IMG/VR virus record: IMGVR_UViG_2974716960_000001
Coordinates: 1-64,000 of that record
DNA length: 64,000 nt
Reading direction: 5' to 3' (one strand)
Origin: a virus
Taxonomy: Duplodnaviria; Caudoviricetes
This document shows positions 29,220-37,749 of this stretch, one piece after another (the first letter of the stretch is position 1; each line of letters starts with the position of its first letter). The notes beneath the pieces were generated by a model. It ran no database searches and was not told where the DNA came from. It saw only the letters and a list, made by a program, of their open reading frames with translations. The translations under genes and the position numbers were made by a program.

Positions 29220-29552
29220 TTAGGCTCCTGTCGCGTATATCGCAGGCTCGTGCTGGGGGCAGTAGAAGGCGACCGCGCCGCTAAGGATGCCGACCGCGAG
29301 GGCCTTGTCCCCTAGCAGGCCGGTGTCGTCGGCCACTATGTCGCGCCACTGCGCGCCGCCCGTCAGTTGGTCGCACCGCGACTTAGCGATGGGTACAACC
29401 ATGTTGCAGTTCACGTTGCGGCCCGTCTGGTCCGTTAGGTAGGTGCAGAACTCGTAGTCGTCCTGCGGCGCGGCGGCGGCTTGCGGCGCGGCTAGGACGC
29501 TGAGTGCGAGGGCTGCAAGCCCCACAAGCGCGCGTGCGTGTCGATTAACCAT
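29220..29552 (-). CDS. Secreted DUF732-like protein
   Basis: Signal peptide; FCTYL...C...AVAFYCPQH pattern. Confidence 0.65.
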   Translation of the reverse strand: MVNRHARALVGLAALALSVLAAPQAAAAPQDDYEFCTYLTDQTGRNVNCNMVVPIAKSRCDQLTGGAQWRDIVADDTGLLGDKALAVGILSGAVAFYCPQHEPAIYATGA

Positions 29553-30238
29553 TGGTCGATCTTGGCCCGGTTAGGTTCGTCTGGCAAGGAGGTCGTAGCC
29601 TCCGCGCGTTGGATCATGTCGCGCCAGTCCCGAATGTCCTCTAGCACTTGCTCCTGGGCGACCTCGCCGTTGCGGATGCTGAGCAGGTAGTCCCGCCTCA
29701 GCTCCATCATTGGCATCTGCATTTCCTGGCTGACCAGCATTTCGTGGCCCTGCATAAGCAGGCGCAGCGCATGGAAGGCGGCCTTAGTGTCGTAGCCGTG
29801 GGCCTCGATTAGCTCGGGCCGGTTGGTGCGCGGCGCGCGTTCGCCGGTCAGCCGGGCAGACATTGAGTCTGCGTATCCCATGTGCCGGGCTGCTAGGCGC
29901 TTGCTAAGGAATAGCTGCCGGTTCTCTTGCAGCCTGATCATGTCAGGGAAGATCAGATTAGGGGTGAACAGCAGGGTCATAACCGTAGGGTTGCCCTGGC
30001 AAACGAGGCTCACATATTTACGCAGACCGTAAAACTGCGTCTCGGAGTCCCCGGCCTCACTCTTGACACCTTCGGGCTTATCGCGCTGACGTACAGCTCC
30101 GACCGGCGGCTTAAGGCCGATTAGCGCCTCTGGTGGATCGGCGTAGATGCCGATGTAGTCATGGTCGGAGTCCTCACGGTTTAGGCCGTGGGCAAACGAT
30201 CCAATCTCGCCAATGATCAGTGGCCTAATCTCGGCCAT
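29492..30238 (-). CDS. DNA polymerase beta-superfamily nucleotidyltransferase (RlaP/NrdC.11-like)
   Basis: GSFAHGLNREDSDHDYIG (GS...DxD), GNPT, YDTKAAFHALRLL motifs. Confidence 0.85.
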   Translation of the reverse strand: MAEIRPLIIGEIGSFAHGLNREDSDHDYIGIYADPPEALIGLKPPVGAVRQRDKPEGVKSEAGDSETQFYGLRKYVSLVCQGNPTVMTLLFTPNLIFPDMIRLQENRQLFLSKRLAARHMGYADSMSARLTGERAPRTNRPELIEAHGYDTKAAFHALRLLMQGHEMLVSQEMQMPMMELRRDYLLSIRNGEVAQEQVLEDIRDWRDMIQRAEATTSLPDEPNRAKIDQWLIDTHARLWGLQPSHSAS

Positions 30239-30326
30239 ATTCCCCCCCTTTTAAAGCAAGCTAGCCCCGGTTGGCGCTCCCCCTCCCAAGAGAGCGTCCA
30301 GCCGGGGCCAGCGGTCCGTGTTGCCG

Positions 30327-30791
30327 TTAAGACTGCCCGGCGGCTGAAAACTGCGGGTCGTCTTTCTTCGGTGCCGGTGCAGCTTTCTTAGCTGGCGCGG
30401 CTTTCTTGGCCGGTGCAGCGGCTTCCTTGATTTCGTCGCCGGTAGGTGAGCCCGCGGCTTTCCAGTCCCGCACGATCTGCGCGGAGACGCGGCCACGGTC
30501 GGACACTTCGTGCCCGTTGAGCTGCGCCCACTTGCGAACGTCTGCGAGCGGCAAGCCCGGCTCCCCGCCGGAAAACGTGTTCTTGCTGCTAGAACGCTTG
30601 CGTCCGGATTCCTTGCCGACCCGCGAGGCGACCGCCAGCCATTTCTCCATGTCCTTGTCGAACTGCTTAGCGTTCTTCTCGGACAGGTCCAGGTGGTAGT
30701 TGACTCCTCCGACGCCGAAGTCACGTTCAACCTCGGCTTCCAGTTCCGGCTCGTAGTCATCGAACAGTGTGACGGTTACCCGCTTACCCAT
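30327..30791 (-). CDS. lsr2: Lsr2-like nucleoid-associated protein
   Basis: MGKRVTVTLFDD...YHLDLSEKN dimerisation domain; VRKWAQLNGHEVSDRGRVS AT-hook domain. Confidence 0.92.
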   Translation of the reverse strand: MGKRVTVTLFDDYEPELEAEVERDFGVGGVNYHLDLSEKNAKQFDKDMEKWLAVASRVGKESGRKRSSSKNTFSGGEPGLPLADVRKWAQLNGHEVSDRGRVSAQIVRDWKAAGSPTGDEIKEAAAPAKKAAPAKKAAPAPKKDDPQFSAAGQS

Positions 30792-30868
30792 TTCGGTACC
30801 CCTTCGTTTTCGTTGTTTCGGGTATGTGGTGCGTACACAGTAAGCACCTTAATCATTATCCGTCAACT

Positions 30869-31246
30869 TCACCTGAGCGGATTAGTCGCTAATTGCACAA
30901 TGAACAGGACGAACATGGTTAGCACCACAGCCGCGACGATACCCCCGACGATGAGTTGGGTAGGCGTTACGCGCCGATAAACCGGGACGTAAGGCTTCTG
31001 GCGAGTCAACGCAGCGGACCAGTTGAGTTCTAGGCGGTTGAGGTCGGCGGCGAGCTGGTCGTACTTCCGCTCGTGCTGCATGTATTCGGCCTGCCGCCAG
31101 ACGCCGGGGGTGCGCTGCCAGTCGTTCAACGCTTCCCGGTATCGCCGGAGAGCCGCGTCTGCCTCGCGCAGCGCAGGTACGGACCCGTCACGTCGGATGG
31201 CGTCTTGTAGCGCCTGGATGAAAGCGGGGTTTGGGGCGATGCTCAT
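30869..31246 (-). CDS. Hypothetical protein with C-terminal TM helix
   Basis: First gene of leftward cassette; LIVGGIVAAVVLTMFVLFIV hydrophobic helix. Confidence 0.55.
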   Translation of the reverse strand: MSIAPNPAFIQALQDAIRRDGSVPALREADAALRRYREALNDWQRTPGVWRQAEYMQHERKYDQLAADLNRLELNWSAALTRQKPYVPVYRRVTPTQLIVGGIVAAVVLTMFVLFIVQLATNPLR

Positions 31247-31562
31247 GCGCGCGTGTCTCCTACCGGACTTAGGTAACCACTAGTTACGAGGACTGTTCAC
31301 TTACTCAACGTGAGTTGCGTTAGGCGAGCGATTAGATGTTTTCGTTTAAAGACCCGATGCCCAAGGTGACGTTTGGCGGGTTGTTGTCGTTGCTTGGTTG
31401 GGGAACGCTACTAGCGAGTGTCCTGTTATAGGACAGCAGGAATTTCACAAATTATGGAAATATTAAAGAGAACCCACAGACTTCTCACAGGGGCGAGGGG
31501 TTGCCCAGACGTGTCCGCAGGTGTAGGGGTCGCAGCGCTCCGACCAGGGCCGATCCGACTCT

Positions 31563-31763
31563 TAGTTGATACTTTTGTTGATACCTCGGAGAAAAACACC
31601 CTCTGACCTGCATGTTCTTAACGTCACCAGAGGATTAAAAGCCCGTAGGTATACCCCCTGCACACGTGCGTGTATGGTGTCAAACATGCAGCTAAGGCGA
31701 GTTAAGAGTCTCTAGAGGACTCAGGATGACTCCACCGTAGTTGATACCTGTAGTTGATACCTG
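31563..31763. other. Predicted attP region
   Basis: Non-coding, just 5' of integrase; arm-type repeats TAGTTGATACTT/TTGTTGATACCT (31563-31586) and exact tandem TAGTTGATACCTG x2 (31738-31763). Confidence 0.7.
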
Positions 31764-31785
31764 GGCACCGCGAGAAGGGCGAAAC

Positions 31786-33090
31786 GTGGCTGACGAGCCG
31801 AAGAAAAATAAGAGGCGCGCGAAGGGCGATGGAGGGCTGTATGAGGACGCCAACGGGTTGCATGTCGGCATCGTCTGGGTGACCGGTCCGGACGGCAAAA
31901 AGAAGCAAAAGCGAGTCGCCAGCAAGAGCAAAGCGGAGGCCGCTGCGAAGCTCAACAAACTGCGCGCCGACGTACTCGCCGGGAAGGTCGGCACCACGCC
32001 GGGGAAGGTTCGCACGGTGGGTGAGTGGCTGGACTACTGGCTGACCGTTAAGAAGCGCGAGGTTCGTCCGAAGTCGTACACCAGTTACGAGGGCACGGTG
32101 CGGCTGTACCTCAAGCCGCATATCGGCCATATCCGGCTGGACAAGCTGACGGTCGCTCAGGTCCGCTCTATGCTCTCGGCGCTACAGGATGGGTCCGGAG
32201 ACACCAAGGGGTCGACGCGGAACGCTGAGAAGGCGTACCAGGCGCTCAACAACGCACTCAAGCAAGCGGTCAATGAGTCCGCGATTCCCCGCAACGTGTG
32301 CGATGCGATCAAAAAGCCGAAGCACCGGAAGGAGCAGCGCGGCGCTTTCGAGAAGAACGCAGCGGTCCACATTCTGCGGACGGCAGCCAAGCGGGACGAC
32401 GAAGACGACCCTAAGCGGCCTAAGCTCGCGTCCCGGTGGGCGGCGGCGTTCATGACCGGCGCGCGGCAGGCTGAGCTGATCGGCTTGGAGTGGGATCGGG
32501 TCGACACAAAGAACGGCGTGCTGGATATCTCGTGGCAGTTGCAGCGGCTCTCGTATGAACATGGCTGCGGCGAGCCTAAGGACGGTAAGTACCCATGCGG
32601 CAAGGTTCGGGTCGGGTATTGCCCTGAGAAGAAGTTCGCGCCGCCACCCGGCTTTGAGTCCCGGCATTGCCACCGGTCGCTGTTCTGGACCCGGCCTAAG
32701 ACGTACTCGGGGGAGCGGACCGTGCCGATGGCACCGCTACTGATTGAGTCGCTTAAGGTGCATTCCCGGCTTGATACGGACCCGAACCCGTATGGGCTGG
32801 TGTGGCATCACCGGGACGGTAGGCCGCTAAGCCAAGAGGACGATAACGAGCAGTGGAACATGCTGATGGCTGCCGCCGGGATTGAGAAGCTGCCTCGGCA
32901 AGTGGTGTTGCATGAGGCGCGGAATACGGCGGCGACGATGCTGTTGGAGTCCGGTATCGACGCCAAGATCATTCAGCAGATTTTGGGCCACGCGTCGATC
33001 TTGCAGACGCGCGAATATCAGAGGGTCAGTTTGGAACTGGGTAAGAGCGCCGTGTCTAACGCGTTCGACGCTCTGCTCCCAGACGTTTAG
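31786..33090 (+). CDS. int: Tyrosine integrase
   Basis: GARQAEL (R), LHEARNTAAT (HxxR), LGHAS...Y catalytic residues; likely GTG start 31786 after GAAGGG. Confidence 0.95.
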   Translation: MADEPKKNKRRAKGDGGLYEDANGLHVGIVWVTGPDGKKKQKRVASKSKAEAAAKLNKLRADVLAGKVGTTPGKVRTVGEWLDYWLTVKKREVRPKSYTSYEGTVRLYLKPHIGHIRLDKLTVAQVRSMLSALQDGSGDTKGSTRNAEKAYQALNNALKQAVNESAIPRNVCDAIKKPKHRKEQRGAFEKNAAVHILRTAAKRDDEDDPKRPKLASRWAAAFMTGARQAELIGLEWDRVDTKNGVLDISWQLQRLSYEHGCGEPKDGKYPCGKVRVGYCPEKKFAPPPGFESRHCHRSLFWTRPKTYSGERTVPMAPLLIESLKVHSRLDTDPNPYGLVWHHRDGRPLSQEDDNEQWNMLMAAAGIEKLPRQVVLHEARNTAATMLLESGIDAKIIQQILGHASILQTREYQRVSLELGKSAVSNAFDALLPDV

Positions 33091-33091
33091 A

Positions 33092-33874
33092 TCAGGCCGC
33101 GCCGTCGAGCTGCTTAGGCAGGGATTGCTTAGACCTCTGCTTAAGCGGCTTCTCTGCGCGAATGCGCTTCCACATGTGGGCCTTAAGGTGCCGCTGCTTG
33201 CGGGTCCACGAAAGGCTCATGGCGGCTGCTCCGACAATCGCGGCAACGACGGTGATTCGCCACGGCCACCGGCCCTCAGCTAACCCGATGGTTGACAGCA
33301 CAGGCGCAGTGAGCGCGATACCGGTAGCGGTCAGATAGAGGTTCACGATCAGCGGAGTACGTGGGTCGCTCATGCGGATGCACCAGAACAGCCAGTACGT
33401 ATTGGCGAGAAGCCAGAAGTAGACCACGGTCACCAGCGGCGTAATTGCGACGTGATCGCCGGTGAGCCATAGCCCGACGAGCGTTGGCAGAGCCACGGTG
33501 AGTGGCAGGCCAATGTGGGCGTTGAGGCGCGCGACTTTGTATTGGTGGCTCCACGTCATGCGCGAAATGAGGTCGCTCAAAAAGACTGCGTGGGCGCAGA
33601 TGAGGGCGATGTGTCCGATGAGGAACTGTGCGGGGATGTAGCTGCACGTAAATGTGTTGGGCAACAACGGGTTAAGCACGTTGAGCCAGGGTGATAACAG
33701 GATCAGCGCGGTTAGCGTGAGTGCGGCGCTGGCGGTTGTGCGGATTTCCCACCGCACGCGCCAGGTGTGTCGTCGTAGTGCCTGGTTGACGGTTCCTGCT
33801 GCGATCAGCGTCCACAAGAGCGCATGGTCTACGAGGGGAGTTAGTTCGTTGGCAAGGTGGAACTGTTCGAGCAT
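33092..33874 (-). CDS. Multi-pass membrane protein downstream of repressor
   Basis: About six to seven hydrophobic helices; same strand as repressor. Confidence 0.7.
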   Translation of the reverse strand: MLEQFHLANELTPLVDHALLWTLIAAGTVNQALRRHTWRVRWEIRTTASAALTLTALILLSPWLNVLNPLLPNTFTCSYIPAQFLIGHIALICAHAVFLSDLISRMTWSHQYKVARLNAHIGLPLTVALPTLVGLWLTGDHVAITPLVTVVYFWLLANTYWLFWCIRMSDPRTPLIVNLYLTATGIALTAPVLSTIGLAEGRWPWRITVVAAIVGAAAMSLSWTRKQRHLKAHMWKRIRAEKPLKQRSKQSLPKQLDGAA

Positions 33875-34024
33875 AGGGTCGTGCCTTTACGGGAGGGGCT
33901 GGACTCGCGTCCGTTGGGAGGGTGGAAACGGCTTGTGACTCAGGCCGTTACAGGGAATGTACTGCCCCCGTTACCCCGGCGTCAATGGCCGTTTTCCCAC
34001 CCGCAACCTCCCGTAAAAGGCGCA

Positions 34025-34405
34025 TTACAGAGGCGGAATATCGGTCCGCGCCCTGGGCCGGTTAAGTCGGCTCCTGGTCCGTCTCCTCACTGTCGTTAGC
34101 ACCGGAGGGTCCAACGTCACATCGCTCACGTCGGCTATGACCTCACCCTCCCGCTCTAGGAAGTCGATCAGGTCCGTTTTGGACAGGTGGCCGAAGCGCA
34201 CCAACAGATCAACCTTGTCTAGGCCGAAGTGCTCAGCGACCGCCATGAGGTTGGGGATGCTGTTCAGCACGCCCTTGTCACGCTGCTCGTAATAGGTGGA
34301 GCGTGACATGTTCAGCGCGCTCAGCGCCTCTTGCATACGTACCTGTCGTTTAAGCAGGTAGCTCACTACAACGATCAGGTCATTGTCTTCGTCTCTGGCC
34401 GACAT
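34025..34405 (-). CDS. Immunity repressor (HTH)
   Basis: Divergent from cro; ALSALNMSRSTYY HTH; ATG 34405 fits a leaderless start from the predicted promoter (ORF track extends to 34435). Confidence 0.75.
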   Translation of the reverse strand: MSARDEDNDLIVVVSYLLKRQVRMQEALSALNMSRSTYYEQRDKGVLNSIPNLMAVAEHFGLDKVDLLVRFGHLSKTDLIDFLEREGEVIADVSDVTLDPPVLTTVRRRTRSRLNRPRARTDIPPL

Positions 34406-34412
34406 GCCGACC

Positions 34413-34442
34413 ATCTTGTCCGACTTGCGGGACAAGTGTCAA
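34413..34442 (-). promoter_or_regulatory. SigA-like repressor promoter (leaderless)
   Basis: Minus strand TTGACA (34437-34442), 18-nt spacer, CAAGAT (34413-34418), 7 nt, then ATG. Confidence 0.6.
34417..34434. promoter_or_regulatory. Operator-like palindrome 1
   Basis: TGTCCGA-CTTG-CGGGACA overlapping the repressor promoter spacer. Confidence 0.65.
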
Positions 34443-34483
34443 CCCGGTTGACCAGCAAAGACGGTCTTACACGTCTGTAATTC

Positions 34484-34501
34484 TGTCCGATTTGTCGGAC
34501 A
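34484..34501. promoter_or_regulatory. Operator-like palindrome 2
   Basis: Perfect arms TGTCCGA-TTTG-TCGGACA at the cro 5' end. Confidence 0.7.
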
Positions 34502-34830
34502 AAACCCTTCCGAATCGGACCGGGCTGTGTATCGTTCAAACCGTGACGCCGACAACCTCCCAAACCTCAGCCCACACAATTCGCTGGATTCCTGACGCCG
34601 TGCAGAATCTCCTGCATAACCACGACATTCTGACGCGCACCGAGCTTGCAAACACGCTGGGTGTAGCGCGTTCCACCGTGTACCGCACGTTCGATGACGA
34701 TTGGTCCGGTGAGCCGAGCATGACGATGCTGGCCAAGATGGCGGGCCACTTCCGCGTCCCACTCAATCGCATCGTCACAGAGCCGGGCAGCGGGGCCGCG
34801 AGGCGCAAAACTGTCCGGATGGCCGGATGA
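34492..34830 (+). CDS. Cro-like HTH protein
   Basis: TRTELANTLGVARSTVYR HTH; divergent from repressor; start uncertain. Confidence 0.8.
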   Translation: MSDKTLPNRTGLCIVQTVTPTTSQTSAHTIRWIPDAVQNLLHNHDILTRTELANTLGVARSTVYRTFDDDWSGEPSMTMLAKMAGHFRVPLNRIVTEPGSGAARRKTVRMAG

Positions 34831-35042
34831 CTGCCGCCACAGTGCTTCTGTCCGATGAACCCGACAGATTGCTTGTCACTCGCCCAGAAGCCGCACGAAT
34901 CTTGTCCCTATCCGTTCCCGAGATTGACCGGCTACGCCTGGCTGGAAAGCTGCTGGCGAAGAAGCACGGTTCAAAGGTGCTGTTCCCGATGAAAGAGCTT
35001 GAGCGTTTCGCTAATGACCTGCCTTGGGAGCTTGACCAGTGA
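34827..35042 (+). CDS. xis: Excisionase / HTH_17 protein
   Basis: LLVTRPEAARILSLS...KVLFPMKELERF pattern; follows cro. Confidence 0.75.
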   Translation: MTAATVLLSDEPDRLLVTRPEAARILSLSVPEIDRLRLAGKLLAKKHGSKVLFPMKELERFANDLPWELDQ

Positions 35043-35401
35043 CGAGAACCCGCATTGAACCCGATACCGAAGCTGTCGAAGAACTTAAGGCCGCGTTAGA
35101 GCGGCTTAGGAAGGACGGATGGAACCGTGGAAAGTTTCACGATTTCGCCACAGGCCAGTGCTGTGCTCTTGGGGCATTCGGCCACCAGTTCCCCACGGAC
35201 TCGCCGGGCGTTAAGTACCTCGCCTACGCAATCCGCACCCGCAAAGGCGGGCATCCATACCCGGCAGACATGCCCGATATGTCCGTCGTCATTCGTTTCA
35301 ACGATGCACATGGCCGCAAGTGGGCAGACGTTGAGGCCGTTTTCCTCGCCGCTATCCGTTACGCGGAAGGTAAAGGCGTCTATGTCCGAGAAGGCCGTTA
35401 G
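35039..35401 (+). CDS. Hypothetical protein
   Basis: Coupled to xis; GWNRG...CCALGA...FNDAHGR motif. Confidence 0.6.
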   Translation: MTRTRIEPDTEAVEELKAALERLRKDGWNRGKFHDFATGQCCALGAFGHQFPTDSPGVKYLAYAIRTRKGGHPYPADMPDMSVVIRFNDAHGRKWADVEAVFLAAIRYAEGKGVYVREGR

Positions 35402-35479
35402 GGATAACGTGCTGGCCGCTGTGTCGCTGGCTGCGTTGATCCTGCTCGGTGCCATCGTTCTTAACGACCTGTTCGCGGC

Positions 35480-35902
35480 GTGGAACGTATGAGTACAGCG
35501 CCCGTACAGAAACTCGGTTCTATTGCTTCCATAGAACCCGAGAACTACGTAGAGTTATTAGTAGAGGGGGAGGGGATGAGAAAGTTCCGAGACGTGATCA
35601 ACGAAGCGCGAAAGGTCGCAATGTTGAATCCACTCGCACGTAACACCGGTAAGGGTTACTACGAGTACGGAGAGCCTTGCTGCTTCTTCGGTCACGTCTT
35701 GGAACGTCTCGGACTTCCCGTCGCCAAATGGGAAATTGCCCTCTTTAACACCTACACACTTGCTGAACTGCCCTGGTTGCATTGGGGCATCGAAGAACCT
35801 AATGAGTATCAGCGGTTATGGATCGCTAAGGTCCAAGCCGCTGCCGATAACGGAGACTCGTGGATTATCGCTATTGCGATGGCGGACGCGACTCTCATTT
35901 AG
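35480..35902 (+). CDS. Hypothetical protein
   Basis: ORF; start could be 35489 or 35576 (the latter after GAGGGGGAGGGG). Confidence 0.55.
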   Translation: MERMSTAPVQKLGSIASIEPENYVELLVEGEGMRKFRDVINEARKVAMLNPLARNTGKGYYEYGEPCCFFGHVLERLGLPVAKWEIALFNTYTLAELPWLHWGIEEPNEYQRLWIAKVQAAADNGDSWIIAIAMADATLI

Positions 35903-36112
35903 ATTTCAGCCCTGCCCCTGAGGCTGACTAACAATAATCAGCGGCACTTAGTAACAAGTTGTTGACCTCTACGAAGTAACTCCGTGGTCGGAGCGTCTGT
36001 GTTTAGTGTCCAGACGGCAGAGTGGTTCGCCTGCAAGTAAGTCAGCATGAGTACGTATCTCACACACGTCTACGTCTGACGTTATTCAGCGTCAGGGGTG
36101 TGTGTGGGGGTA

Positions 36113-36218
36113 GCGATACGCGGTTGGTACCTGAGGGTGACCGCATGAAAACGCTCTGGCGGGGTCCGTGGCCTTATCTACGGGTCAGAGCATCCCAGTT
36201 CGATTCTGGGGTATCGCA
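36113..36218 (+). ncRNA. tRNA-like structured RNA with enlarged D and anticodon arms
   Basis: 7-bp acceptor GCGATAC/GTATCGC; T-arm CCCAG-TTCGATT-CTGGG; two long hairpins in place of D and anticodon arms. Confidence 0.6.
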
Positions 36219-36368
36219 CGAGGCCGGGAGGTTGAGGCGCACGGCACTAACGGGCATTAGTGCTTAGGCGCGGGACGTAAGGGTGTGGCGTTCGCGCTGC
36301 CTTGTTTGCGCTCCCTCCCGGCCATTCTCTTAACCACCGATCACCACATCACCACGAAAGGGCGCGCT

Positions 36369-36725
36369 ATGGCGGTTATCTATCTGGGTGAACCCACCGG
36401 GCCACGACTGCGGAGCGTGAGCCGGGAGAAGGAACGCGAGCTGGACGAATGGCTCTCAGACGCGCTTGAGCACGGTAGCCCACGTGACCACGACATTCCC
36501 GTCAACTTCACACGCGCGCTAAGCGCCTTAGCTAAGCGGCGCGGAATCCAGTTTCACTTTAACTCCGACCGTATGCGGGTACGCGGCGAAGTGGTTCTGG
36601 GTAAGAACTTGCCCGGCTGTGTTGGCGGGTCGAAACGAAAGGTAACTGCGGGCAACGAACGCGCAGAGGCCGCGAAACATGGGCAGCGCGTCGAACCCTG
36701 GAATATGAGGGATTGGCGTGAATGA
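36369..36725 (+). CDS. Hypothetical protein
   Basis: ATG 36369 after GAAAGGG; the upstream extension to 36285 overlaps a structured region. Confidence 0.6.
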   Translation: MAVIYLGEPTGPRLRSVSREKERELDEWLSDALEHGSPRDHDIPVNFTRALSALAKRRGIQFHFNSDRMRVRGEVVLGKNLPGCVGGSKRKVTAGNERAEAAKHGQRVEPWNMRDWRE

Positions 36726-37749
36726 GTTGACACCAACGGTACAAGCGCTGTACCGTGATGACTGCGAGGAGTTCAGAAAGTGGCAAAGCAGTTTTCTTGC
36801 CCGCTGGAATGTGGAGCCTCCTACTCCGAGGAGTACCAGCTTCACCTTCACGAATACGCATCCGAAAAAGGCATCCTTCCGACGTGTGGTCGGGGGGCCG
36901 AACGAAAGGCGCGCTATGCCGGAGGCGATCACGCTGCAATCGGACTTGAGGCAGCCTGAGAAGCTAATGCTCGCCGGGGACTGGCACGGCAATCTGCCGT
37001 GGGCGTTCAAGGCGATCCACTTCGCTAAGGCGAACGGCGCAGACACGATTCTGCATGTCGGCGACTTTGGCTGGTGGGCACCGACTGAGCGGACGTTCCA
37101 GTTCCTGGGGGAGGTCGACAAAGAGCTTAAGGCTGTCGGTATCGACCTTCTGTGGGTCGACGGTAACCACGAGGACCACGCCTTTTGGCACCAGTTCAAT
37201 GCGCCGAAGGCGTATCCGCAGACGTTCATGTCTTACTCAAGCATCACGCACTTGCCGCGTGGCTTCCGGTGGAAGTGGTGGGGCGACGTGTGGATGGCGC
37301 TGGGTGGCGCTCATTCGGTCGACCGCTCATTCGCCGTTGAGGGTGAGTCATGGTGGCCGGGCGAGTGGTTGCAGGACGACCAGCTTGAGTACGCCATGCG
37401 GGACGGCAAGGTCGACATAATCGTTGCCCACGACGCGCCGACCAACGTCACCATTCCCGGCATCGTGCCAGGTAAGGCGATTTACCTCCCTATCGGAGGG
37501 ATGAAGCGCCGGGTTCCGCAGGTCGACTTGCTTAAGGCCGAGGAGCACCGCGCCCGTATCCAGCAGGTGGTGGACGCGGTTAAGCCGGTGGAGTTTTACC
37601 ACGGCCATTACCACCGCGCTTACCAGTCCTTAGCGCGCCATGAGGGCGGCGGTTACACGTTGTGCCGTGGCCTGGATAAGGACGAAACCACGATGGCGAA
37701 GAACACCCATTTCATCACCGGAGGGACGCAGGATGACGACGATGACTGA
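36718..37749 (+). CDS. Calcineurin-like metallophosphoesterase
   Basis: GDWHG, GDFG, GNHE, HDAP, GHYH motifs. Confidence 0.9.
   Translation: MNELTPTVQALYRDDCEEFRKWQSSFLARWNVEPPTPRSTSFTFTNTHPKKASFRRVVGGPNERRAMPEAITLQSDLRQPEKLMLAGDWHGNLPWAFKAIHFAKANGADTILHVGDFGWWAPTERTFQFLGEVDKELKAVGIDLLWVDGNHEDHAFWHQFNAPKAYPQTFMSYSSITHLPRGFRWKWWGDVWMALGGAHSVDRSFAVEGESWWPGEWLQDDQLEYAMRDGKVDIIVAHDAPTNVTIPGIVPGKAIYLPIGGMKRRVPQVDLLKAEEHRARIQQVVDAVKPVEFYHGHYHRAYQSLARHEGGGYTLCRGLDKDETTMAKNTHFITGGTQDDDDD

Noticed and set aside
9911-30285. Shared CGCTCCCC(C)TC sequence in hairpins at 9911, 28815 and 30275
   Set aside because: Only three copies, one inexact, and it is complementary to purine-rich SD-like sequence. 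Plausibly coincidental among GC-rich terminators.
31563-34435. Integration-dependent immunity (attP inside the repressor gene)
   Set aside because: Arm-type repeats place attP upstream of the integrase, about 2.3 kb from the repressor.
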